DNA of 64,000 nucleotides from Thermoanaerobaculia bacterium (GTDB lineage Bacteria; Acidobacteriota; Thermoanaerobaculia; UBA5066): NCBI GenBank assembly GCA_963816185.1, contig CAWFJJ010000006.1, positions 1,326 to 65,325 of the forward strand, read 5' to 3'. Shown piece by piece: positions 16,915 to 24,353 of this stretch (position 1 is its first letter; each line of letters starts with the position of its first letter). The notes under the pieces were generated by a model. It saw only the letters and a program-made list of their open reading frames with translations, ran no database searches and was not told where the DNA came from. The position numbers and the translations under genes were made by a program.

Positions 16915-18386
16915 TGAGCACCGGCTGGCCGAAGGGCTGCCGCATGCTCGCGGCGGGCAAGTATGCGAGCGGCCTCGCGGCCTTCGAACCGGCCGTCCGG
17001 GCGAGTCCGGACTCTGCGGCCGCACGATTCCACCTCGCCCGGGCGAGCTTCGCCCTAGGGGAGGTCGAGAGGGCGACCCGGCAGCTTCGGGCGGCACTCC
17101 GGATCCGCACGGATATCCGAGCTCTGCGGTTCCTGGCCACGATCGCCCCGTTCGACCCGCGCCTCGACCACGCGGCGATCCTGAAGGTCCGCCGCGCGCT
17201 GGCCGCTGCGGTTCGCGCTCGAACCGTCGCGCCCGCCAGGGCGATCGTCGTCGGGAGCCCGGCCAGGAAAGTGCTCAAGGTTGGCTACGTCTCGTCTTTC
17301 TTCGACAAGGACAACTGGATGAAGCCGGTGTGGGGGCTGATCGATCACCACGACGCCAAGAGGGTGGAGATCCACCTTTTTGCCGACGTGCCGCGCGTTT
17401 CTGCGGTGCGTCGGCGGGCGCGTGCGAGCGCGGCGCACGTCCACGACATCTCGCGCCTTGACAACGATGTGGCCGCGCGGCTGATCGCCCGGACGGGGCT
17501 CGACGTCCTCGTGGATCTCAATCAGTACAGCCGGGTCGGCCGGATGCCGCTTTTTTCGACCAGGCTGGCGCCGGTCGTCGTCGCGTGGTTCAACATCTTC
17601 GGGACCTCGGGAATGCCGGTTTTCGACGCGCTGATCGGCGATCGATGGCTCGTCCGCGACGTCGAGAAGCCTTGGTACCTCGAAAAGATCGTGAAACTCC
17701 CGTTCTCGTCGCTGACTTTCGCGGTGGACTATCCGGTCCCTGACGTCGGGCCGCCGCCTTTCTTGCGCAACGGCTTCGTCACGTTCGGAAGTCTTTCGTC
17801 GCTGTACAAGCTCAACGACGGCGTCGTCGGCACCTGGGCCGACATTCTGAAGCGGAGCCCGGGAAGCCGTCTTCTCCTGGGCAATGCGGATCTGGGAGAC
17901 CCCGGCAACCGAGCGCACACTCTCGAGCGATTCACCGCGCGCGGGATCGAGCCCGCGCGCGTCACGTTGCTCGGGCCCGACGAGCACTACGAGTTTCTCC
18001 GAAACTACGACGCGATTGACCTCGCTCTCGACACGTTCCCCTACAACGGAGGCACGACGACCACCGAGGCGATCTGGCAAGGAGTCCCGGTCGTCGCGTT
18101 CTTGGGGGACCGGTGGATCTCGCGTACCAGCGCCTCCCTGCTGGAAAACGCCGGTCTTGAGGGCTTCGTCAGCCGGGACGTCCGCGGTTATGTCGAAACG
18201 GCCGTCCGGTGGGGGTCGGGAGCAAAGGCGGAAGAACGGAGAGAGCTCCGCCGCACGATGAGGAAACGCCTGAAAGCCTCACCCGTCACCGACTGCGCGA
18301 GCCTCGCGCGCTGCATCGAGGACGCTTACGTCCAATTGTGGGGCGCGAGGACTCGCTCCGCTCTCCCTCAGCGGATGACAGCGTGA
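16914..18386 (+). CDS. TPR-repeat + GT41-family (O-GlcNAc transferase / SPINDLY-like) glycosyltransferase
   Basis: 490 aa. N-terminal TPR-like helices; C-terminal DTFPYNGGTTTTEAIWQGVPVVAFLGDRWISRTSASLLENAGL matches the recalled OGT (GT41) C-terminal catalytic signature (DTFPYNGHTTT..LWMGVPVVT..G..FASRVAASLL). Embedded inside the precursor array and translationally coupled to P10. Confidence 0.8.
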   Translation: MSTGWPKGCRMLAAGKYASGLAAFEPAVRASPDSAAARFHLARASFALGEVERATRQLRAALRIRTDIRALRFLATIAPFDPRLDHAAILKVRRALAAAVRARTVAPARAIVVGSPARKVLKVGYVSSFFDKDNWMKPVWGLIDHHDAKRVEIHLFADVPRVSAVRRRARASAAHVHDISRLDNDVAARLIARTGLDVLVDLNQYSRVGRMPLFSTRLAPVVVAWFNIFGTSGMPVFDALIGDRWLVRDVEKPWYLEKIVKLPFSSLTFAVDYPVPDVGPPPFLRNGFVTFGSLSSLYKLNDGVVGTWADILKRSPGSRLLLGNADLGDPGNRAHTLERFTARGIEPARVTLLGPDEHYEFLRNYDAIDLALDTFPYNGGTTTTEAIWQGVPVVAFLGDRWISRTSASLLENAGLEGFVSRDVRGYVETAVRWGSGAKAEERRELRRTMRKRLKASPVTDCASLARCIEDAYVQLWGARTRSALPQRMTA

Positions 18387-18606
18387 TGAAGACAGGCCGT
18401 CGAGGACCAAGCCGTCGCCGCGGGTTCGTCCTCCTCAGAGATCTCGTCCCCCGAAACGATCCCAAGGGCGGATCGGCCGGGAAGACGGTATTCAGCGAGC
18501 GTCCCCCGGTCCTCGAGACAGAAGATAAGCATCACCTTAAAGATGTTCCGGCCGAACGAAGGCAAAAGCCGGGTCACGACCGAAACAGGAAGAAAGGAGA
18601 AACGAC
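18387..18606 (+). repeat. intergenic array repeat, copy R5 (lacks the 5' TCTGACGAG segment)
   Basis: Begins directly at TGAAGACAGGCCGTCGAGGACCAAGCCGTCGCCGCGGG after the GT41 stop; ends in RBS AGGAGAAACGAC of P11. Confidence 0.75.
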
Positions 18607-18741
18607 GTGAAGAAGATCACGAAGAAAGGTCCCTCGAAGGCCCCCAAGAAGAGGACGACGAAGAATCTCGACGTCAAGCCCGCCAAGGGCGGGACGATCC
18701 GCGGGGGGAGCCTCCCCCGACAGTGGAAGTGGATCGAGTGA
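18607..18741 (+). CDS. precursor peptide P11 (44 aa); leader VKKITKKGPSKAPKKRTTKNLDVKPAKGGTIRGG + core SLPRQWKWIE
   Basis: GTG start; Trp-rich core. Confidence 0.65.
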   Translation: MKKITKKGPSKAPKKRTTKNLDVKPAKGGTIRGGSLPRQWKWIE

Positions 18742-18776
18742 CGCCGGCCGACGGCCAGAAGGAAAGGAGAAACGCC

Positions 18777-18908
18777 ATGAAAAAGACCACGAAGAAGAAC
18801 CCTCCGAAGGTGTATCGAAAGAAGGCAATCAAGGACCTCGAGATCAAGCCCGCCAAGGGCGGGACGGGCGAGACAGTCCGTGGCGGCAAGGATAAGATCC
18901 ACATCTGA
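18777..18908 (+). CDS. precursor peptide P12 (43 aa); leader MKKTTKKNPPKVYRKKAIKDLEIKPAKGGTGETVRGG + core KDKIHI
   Basis: RBS AAGGAGAAACGCC-ATG; end matches ORF-track 18908; K..KIHI-type core followed by full repeat R6. Confidence 0.7.
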   Translation: MKKTTKKNPPKVYRKKAIKDLEIKPAKGGTGETVRGGKDKIHI

Positions 18909-19168
18909 CGAGAGCCGCTTCCTGCAAGGACCGCCCGATCCTCGATGATGAAGACAGGCCGCCGAGGACCAAGCCGTCGCCGGGGGTTCGTCCTCCTCAG
19001 AGATCTCGTCCCCCGAAACGATCCCAAGGGCGGGTCGGCCGGGAAGACGGTATTCGGCGAGCGTCCCCCGGTCCTCGAGACAGAAGATAAGCATCACCTT
19101 AGAGATGTTCCGGCCGAACGAAGGCAGAAGCCGGGTCACGACCGAAACAGGAAGAGAGGAGAAACGAC
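18909..19168 (+). repeat. intergenic array repeat, full copy R6
   Basis: Near-identical to R2; contains the spurious ORF 18945..19172. Confidence 0.75.
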
Positions 19169-19312
19169 GTGAAGAAGATCACGAAGAAAGGTCCCTCGAA
19201 GGCTTCCAAGAAGAGGACGACGAAGAATCTCGACGTCAAGCCCGCCAAGGGCGCGACGGTTCGTGGCGGAGTGCATGGCGGTTGGGACCAGATCGCGAAC
19301 AAGAAGATTTGA
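19169..19312 (+). CDS. precursor peptide P13 (47 aa); leader VKKITKKGPSKASKKRTTKNLDVKPAKGATVRGG + core VHGGWDQIANKKI
   Basis: GTG start after GAGAGGAGAAACGAC; HGGWDQ-type core. Confidence 0.65.
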   Translation: MKKITKKGPSKASKKRTTKNLDVKPAKGATVRGGVHGGWDQIANKKI

Positions 19313-19393
19313 GTTCCTGGAACACCCTTCATAGGTCTGGTCGAACCACTACAAGCCGGGTTACGACCGAAACAGGAAGAGAGGAGACACGAC

Positions 19394-19537
19394 ATGAAGA
19401 AGAACACGAAGAAGACAGCCTCCAAGGCAAAGGGGCCCAAGGCGACGAAGAACCTAGAGGTCAAACCCGCCAAGGGGGCGTCGGTCCGTGGCGGAGTGCA
19501 TGGTGGCTGGGACCAGGTCGGGAACAAGAAGTATTAG
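19394..19537 (+). CDS. precursor peptide P14 (47 aa); leader MKKNTKKTASKAKGPKATKNLEVKPAKGASVRGG + core VHGGWDQVGNKKY
   Basis: RBS GAGAGGAGACACGAC-ATG; leader of the P10 subtype; its stop abuts the start of CxxCxxCC-2. Confidence 0.7.
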   Translation: MKKNTKKTASKAKGPKATKNLEVKPAKGASVRGGVHGGWDQVGNKKY

Positions 19538-20782
19538 TTGCCCTCTGATCAAGTGACCTCTCCGAAGACCCGCGCGGTCCGGCTCCCGTCGATCACCGAT
19601 GCTCCCGCCAGGGGCCTGGCACCGCTTCATGCGCGCTGGCTCGAGGCGGCGCTCGGGGGCAAGATTCCTTCCGAGCCACACGCGGCGTGCGACAACTGCG
19701 CGATGCTGCCGGTGTCCGGAGGCGCGGATGAAGAGCGCGGCGCAGTCTTCTTCAACCCCAGGACGAAGTGCTGCACTTACCTGCCGAGACTTCACAACTT
19801 TCTCGTCGGGGCGATCCTCGCAGACGAAGCGACCGATATGGCCGAAGGGCGTGCCCGCGTCCTGGAGAGGATCGGGAAGAAGGTCGGCGTGACGCCGCTC
19901 TGGGTCGGCGCCGGCGGCGCGTACAGCCTCGTGTACGACCACGGAGACGGGGTCTTCGGCCACAGCGAGGCGATGCGCTGCCCCTACTATCTCGAAGACC
20001 GGATCGACGGCGGCTGCGGGGTGTGGCGTCACCGCAATTCCATCTGCATGACCTGGTTCTGCAAGCATGAGCGCGGGGCCCCGGCGCTGCGGTTCTGGGA
20101 CTCGGCCAAAGAGCTGCTGATGGCCGTCGAGGAGAATCTCGCGATCCATTGCCTCGTCACTCTGGGTTTCGACGACGCGGCGCTCCGGACCAATTTCCCG
20201 TTCAAGGTTCCGAAATCTCAGCGGTCGGAAACCGTGAAGGGGGACGAGCTCGACGGCACGGTGAGCCCGGAACGATACAAGGCTCTCTGGGGGAGCTGGA
20301 CGGGCCGCGAGGAGGAGCTCTACCGCCAATGCGACGCGATCGTCCGAGACATCGAGTGGAAGGACGTCGAGCGCATCGGCGGCGCGAGCGTCGCACTCCT
20401 GTCGCAGCTCGCGCGCGCGGCCTATCAGGCGGTGATCCGTGACGACCTTCCCGAGCGGCTCGAGATCGGCAATCTCAGCGTCATCGGCACGGGGCGCGGG
20501 ACCTTGCGCCTGGCCACGTACAGCGCCTACGACCCCATCGACGCCCCGGCCGCGCTTCTCCCCGTGCTTCCCGCGTTCGACGGCTCCAGGGTGCCCGACG
20601 CCCTTCGCGCGATCGAAAGGGACCATGGGCTCGTCCTGAGCCCCGAGCTCGTCCGAAAGCTCGTCGACTACGGCCTGCTCCGCGCGGTGGACGCCCCCGA
20701 AGACGAGCAAGTCTGGCGAAACTCCATGAAAAGGCGGAAGCCGGGTCATCGCCAAAACAGGATGAAAGGAGAAACGACATGA
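19538..20782 (+). CDS. CxxCxxCC-motif protein (YkgJ / PF03692-like), paralog 2
   Basis: TTG at 19538 or GTG at 19553 (VTSPKTRAVRLPSITDAP aligns to MVRLPTIPDTP of paralog 1). Same Cys motifs (CDNCAMLP..KCCTYLPRLHNF; CPYYLEDRIDGGCGVWRHRNSICMTWFCKHE). A C-terminal extension reads through a truncated array repeat and its stop overlaps the P15 ATG (ATGA). Confidence 0.7.
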   Translation: MPSDQVTSPKTRAVRLPSITDAPARGLAPLHARWLEAALGGKIPSEPHAACDNCAMLPVSGGADEERGAVFFNPRTKCCTYLPRLHNFLVGAILADEATDMAEGRARVLERIGKKVGVTPLWVGAGGAYSLVYDHGDGVFGHSEAMRCPYYLEDRIDGGCGVWRHRNSICMTWFCKHERGAPALRFWDSAKELLMAVEENLAIHCLVTLGFDDAALRTNFPFKVPKSQRSETVKGDELDGTVSPERYKALWGSWTGREEELYRQCDAIVRDIEWKDVERIGGASVALLSQLARAAYQAVIRDDLPERLEIGNLSVIGTGRGTLRLATYSAYDPIDAPAALLPVLPAFDGSRVPDALRAIERDHGLVLSPELVRKLVDYGLLRAVDAPEDEQVWRNSMKRRKPGHRQNRMKGETT

Positions 20783-20910
20783 AGAAGATCACGAAGAAAG
20801 GTTCCTCAAAGGCTTCCAAGAAGAAGGCGGTCAGGAACCTCGACGTCAAGCCTGCGAAGGGCGGGACGGTCCGTGGAGGGGCAACCAGACTCGACAAGTG
20901 GCCCGGGTAG
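20779..20910 (+). CDS. precursor peptide P15 (43 aa); leader MKKITKKGSSKASKKKAVRNLDVKPAKGGTVRGG + core ATRLDKWPG
   Basis: RBS AAAGGAGAAACGAC-ATG; conserved leader; last intact copy. Confidence 0.7.
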   Translation: MKKITKKGSSKASKKKAVRNLDVKPAKGGTVRGGATRLDKWPG

Positions 20911-20929
20911 ACGCTTGGCGGCCGGCAGC

Positions 20930-21146
20930 ACGCGAGGCCGGCTACGCGGTACTTCCGCGCGAAGAGCGTGAGCCGCGCGGAGAGGTGGAGAAGCTGAGCG
21001 AGCTGCGTCGCACGATGAGGATACGGTTGCGGGCTTCGCCGGTCACCGATTGCCCAAGGCTCGCGCGCCGCATGGACGATGTCTACCTCCGGCTATCGGG
21101 CGCGAGCCCTCGTCGGAAACGACCCCGGGCCGCGCTCCCGCGTAAT
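20930..21146 (+). pseudogene. relic of a second GT41 glycosyltransferase gene (C-terminal ~45 codons only)
   Basis: ORF 20898..21149 encodes ..ELRRTMRIRLRASPVTDCPRLARRMDDVYLRL.., homologous to the GT41 C-terminus ..ELRRTMRKRLKASPVTDCASLARCIEDAYVQL..; DNA identity is also visible (CGCACGATGAGGA, GTCACCGA(C/T)TGC). Confidence 0.5.
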
Positions 21147-21227
21147 TGAGATTGACTCTCGGTACAAACCCGCGTCAGAATTCGCGGCCTTCAACGAGTG
21201 CCAAACGGGAATTTCGGAGGTGATGCC

Positions 21228-22404
21228 ATGCCGGTCGCGATGAAACCTGTGCTCACGGACGCCCTTCTCGAAAAGTGCCGCGAGAGGGCTCCTCTCTACG
21301 ACCGCGAGAACCGCTTCTGCCAGGAGGACTTCGACGACCTGAAGGCTGCCGGGCTATCTCCTCATGGCGGTTCCGAAGGAGTTTGGGGGGGCCGGCCTGA
21401 CGGTCGAGGAGGTCGGGCTCGAGACGCGCCGGCTCGCCTATTACGCTCCCGCGACCGCGCTCTGCCTCAACATGCACAACTACTGGGTGGGCGACGCGGC
21501 GGATCTCTGGCGGAGCGGCGACAAGTCCTGCGAGTGGGTCCTCAGGGAGGCGGCGGCCGGAGAGGTCTTCGCCGCTGGCCACGCCGAGCACGGCAACGAC
21601 ATCCCGGGTCTCCTGTCGACCTCGAAGGCCGAGCGCGTCGACGGGGGTTGGCGCATCACGGGAAAGAAGGCCTTCGGCAGCCTCACTCCGGTCTGGACGC
21701 GCCTCGGGCTCCACGCCATGGACACGAGCGACCCCGCCGCCCCGAAGATCGTGCATGTGTTCCTGCCGAAGGGGACGAAGGGCGTCACGGTCAAGGAGAC
21801 CTGGGACGTGCTCGGCATGCGCGCGACGAAGAGCGACGACACGATCCTCGACGGCGCGTTCGTCCCCGACAAGTACGTCGCACGTGTCGTCCCCGCCGGC
21901 GTCGCCGGGGTGGATATGTTCATCCTCGGCTTCTTCACGTGGGGCCTCGTCGGCTTCGCGAACGTCTACTACGCGATCGGGCAGAGGGCGCGCGACGTCA
22001 TCGTCGAGCAGCTCAAGACGAAGACGTCGATCGGCCTGACCCGGCCGATGACCTATCACCCGGAGATCCAGCACGGCGTCGCGGAGATCGCGCTCGAGCT
22101 CGAGTCGATCGGCCCGCACGTCGACGCGATCGCGCACGACTGGACACGCGGCGCCATCGGGCCGGACTGGTTTCTCAGGCTTGTCGCGATGAAGTACCAC
22201 GCGGTCGAGGGGGCCTTCCGCGTTGCGGACCGCGCGCTCGACCTCTCCGGCGGATTCGGCATGTTCAGGAAGAGCGAGCTCGAGCGGCTCTTCCGCGACT
22301 CGCGCGCGGGGCGGTTCCACCCGGCGAACTCGGCGCTCGCTCACGAGATCGTCGGAAAGCTGACGCTCGGGATCAGCCCGGACGAGCAGCCGCGCTGGGG
22401 CTGA
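21228..22404 (+). CDS. acyl-CoA dehydrogenase family protein; apparent +1 frameshift near 21352
   Basis: RBS GGAGG then ATG 21228 (MPVAMKPVLTDALLEKCRERAPLYDRENRFCQEDFDDLKAAG..) switches to the frame of ORF 21364..22404 (..MAVPKEFGGAGLTVEE.., ACAD middle and C-terminal domains). Removing one C in GGGCTATCTCC would give the expected AAGYLLMAVPKEFGG. Confidence 0.7.
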
Positions 22405-22607
22405 CGGCTTCCTCGACCCGGGCAGACACTGAGCCGAGCCCGGCGTCGGGGCGCAGACGACGTTACGCCAGAGTTACACCGCTCCGTCCCCGTTACGGCC
22501 GCCCAAGGCCGTGCTGCGCAAGGCAAGCCATTCTCTAGAGAGCGTTTCGGCTCTCGTCTCGGCTGGCAGCGTACTTGCTCCGTCAGGGGGTTGTCCTAGG
22601 GGGACGA

Positions 22608-23420
22608 TTGTCGTCTGTCCTCATCTCTCGCGGCACCATGTCGGGCGGCGAGGCATTGGCTCATCGCCTGGCGGAGCGTCTCTCCCTCCGTTACGTCTCC
22701 CGGGAGGACCTCATCGAGGTGGTCGACGCCCAGGGCGAGCACGCGAAGAAAGTCAGGGCGAGCCTCGACCGCGCCACCCGCGCGTACGACCAGTTCGGCC
22801 AGCTCCGCCGCCCGTACCTCGTGCTGATGCGACGTGCCTTGCTGGGTTTCATCCGGGAAGGCAACGTCGTGTACGCCGGGTACGCGAGCCATCTCCTCGT
22901 GCCCACCGTGCCCTGTTGCATGCGCGTTCGAATCAACGCCCCCATGTCCCTCCGGGTCAAGAATGCAATTCAGCGGCTCGGCCTGGGGGAGGAAGAGGCG
23001 CGCGAAGCGGTTCTGCGCGAGGACGAGCAGCGCGTCCGGTGGGGTCGCTTCATGTATGGGCACGACATTCGCGACCCGAATCTCTATGACGTCTGTTTTC
23101 TGCTCGACAGGATGTCGGTCGACGCGATCTGCACCATGATCGCCGCGGGTCTCGGTGAGAAGGATTTCCAGCCCACGCCCCAGGCTGCGAAGGCGCTTCA
23201 GGATCTTTTCGTCGCCGCGAGCGTCGAGGCGGCGCTCGTGAGCGATCCCCGCACGCTCTCCTGGGAGATCGGGGCGCGTTCGCGGGGTGGAAACGTCCTG
23301 CTGGAGGGGCCGTTCCTCGAAGATCGCAAGCTTATCGACGTCCTCGAGGTCGCGCGAGGAGTCGAGGGCGTCGAGGCCGCCGAGTACCAGCCTGGATGTG
23401 TGTCGAGTTTCGACCACTGA
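22608..23420 (+). CDS. cytidylate kinase-like family protein (PF13189-like), start uncertain (TTG 22575, TTG 22608 or ATG 22638)
   Basis: VLISRGTMSGGEALAHRLAERLSLRYVSREDLIEVV resembles the N-terminus of cytidylate-kinase-like 2 proteins (ITISREYGSGG..IA..LA..LG..DRELI). Confidence 0.55.
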   Translation: MSSVLISRGTMSGGEALAHRLAERLSLRYVSREDLIEVVDAQGEHAKKVRASLDRATRAYDQFGQLRRPYLVLMRRALLGFIREGNVVYAGYASHLLVPTVPCCMRVRINAPMSLRVKNAIQRLGLGEEEAREAVLREDEQRVRWGRFMYGHDIRDPNLYDVCFLLDRMSVDAICTMIAAGLGEKDFQPTPQAAKALQDLFVAASVEAALVSDPRTLSWEIGARSRGGNVLLEGPFLEDRKLIDVLEVARGVEGVEAAEYQPGCVSSFDH

Positions 23421-23451
23421 CCGATTGCCAGCGTATGCCGGGAGTCAATCC

Positions 23452-24339
23452 ATGCCCATAACAGCCGACACCAGCCGCCGCGCCGCCTTCGAAACGATAA
23501 GAGAATTCCTCGTGCGAGCCGCCGAGGCCGAGGAATCGCTGATCCAGCTCGCCGCGGCTCGCAACGAGCTGCTCCGGCACTCGAGCAAGACCGGCGACGA
23601 CCTACTGGGCTTCACCTCCAACACGACGGACCTGACCGAACGACAGACCTCCATGGCCCAGGAGCGGACCGCCCTGACCCGCGAGCAGACGCGCCTCTCG
23701 ACCCGAAGCACCGAGCTCGCGAACATCCGTACGGAGCTCGGCCGCGAGCGAACTTCACTCGCCGGCGAACGAACCGACATGGCGGTGGCCCGGACCGAAA
23801 TGGCGCGCCGCCGCTCCTCGCTGGCCGAAGGACGCACGGGTCTCGCGCAGTCGCGAACGGTTCTCGCCGAAGAGCGCACAGGGCTCGCGAAGCAGCGCAC
23901 CGGCATGGCGCACGAGCGGACGGACCTCTCCGTCACGCGCACCAGCATGGCGCGTGAACGCAACGAGCTCGCTCTCCAGCGCACCGACTACTCCGTGCGC
24001 CGAACCAACCTCGCCGGGGAGCGAAACCAGCTCGCGACGGTGCGTACGGTCAGGGCCGCGTCGCGCACCCGGCTTTCGTTCCAGAGGACCGAAATGGCCC
24101 GGGAGAGGACGTACCTTGCTCTCCTGCGCACGGGCCTCGCCTTGCTCACTTTCGGAGTCGTTCTCTTCCGGACGTTCGGAGTCTCCTGGTGGAGCCTCTT
24201 CGACGGGGCACTCGTCCTCATCAGCATCGGCCTCGTCGTCGTGGGATCCTCGGGTTATGTCAAGAGTCACCGGCTGGTGCAGAAGCTCGGCATTCTGATC
24301 CAGTCCGACAGGGGGCTGACGGATCTCGAAGCGGGCTGA
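23452..24339 (+). CDS. DUF202 (YidH-like) membrane protein with expanded heptad RTxLAxx repeat region
   Basis: RBS GGGAG then ATG 23452; ~19 tandem heptads (ERTSLAG ERTDMAV ARTEMAR ..) followed by two TM helices (LALLTFGVVLF, LVLISIGLVVVG); DUF202 signature ERT.LAW.RT.LA. Confidence 0.65.
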   Translation: MPITADTSRRAAFETIREFLVRAAEAEESLIQLAAARNELLRHSSKTGDDLLGFTSNTTDLTERQTSMAQERTALTREQTRLSTRSTELANIRTELGRERTSLAGERTDMAVARTEMARRRSSLAEGRTGLAQSRTVLAEERTGLAKQRTGMAHERTDLSVTRTSMARERNELALQRTDYSVRRTNLAGERNQLATVRTVRAASRTRLSFQRTEMARERTYLALLRTGLALLTFGVVLFRTFGVSWWSLFDGALVLISIGLVVVGSSGYVKSHRLVQKLGILIQSDRGLTDLEAG

Positions 24340-24353
24340 TTCCGATACGAAGG

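Noticed and set aside
12621-21000. Possibility that the reiterated repeat + small-gene array is a CRISPR array
   Set aside because: The repeat unit is ~230-270 nt and imperfect, the 'spacers' are RBS-led protein-coding genes with a conserved leader, and no cas genes are present.
21198-21363. Treating ORF 21198..22538 as one protein
   Set aside because: Its downstream two-thirds is an Arg-rich wrong frame; the ACAD homology continues in ORF 21364..22404, implying a frameshift rather than a 446-aa protein.
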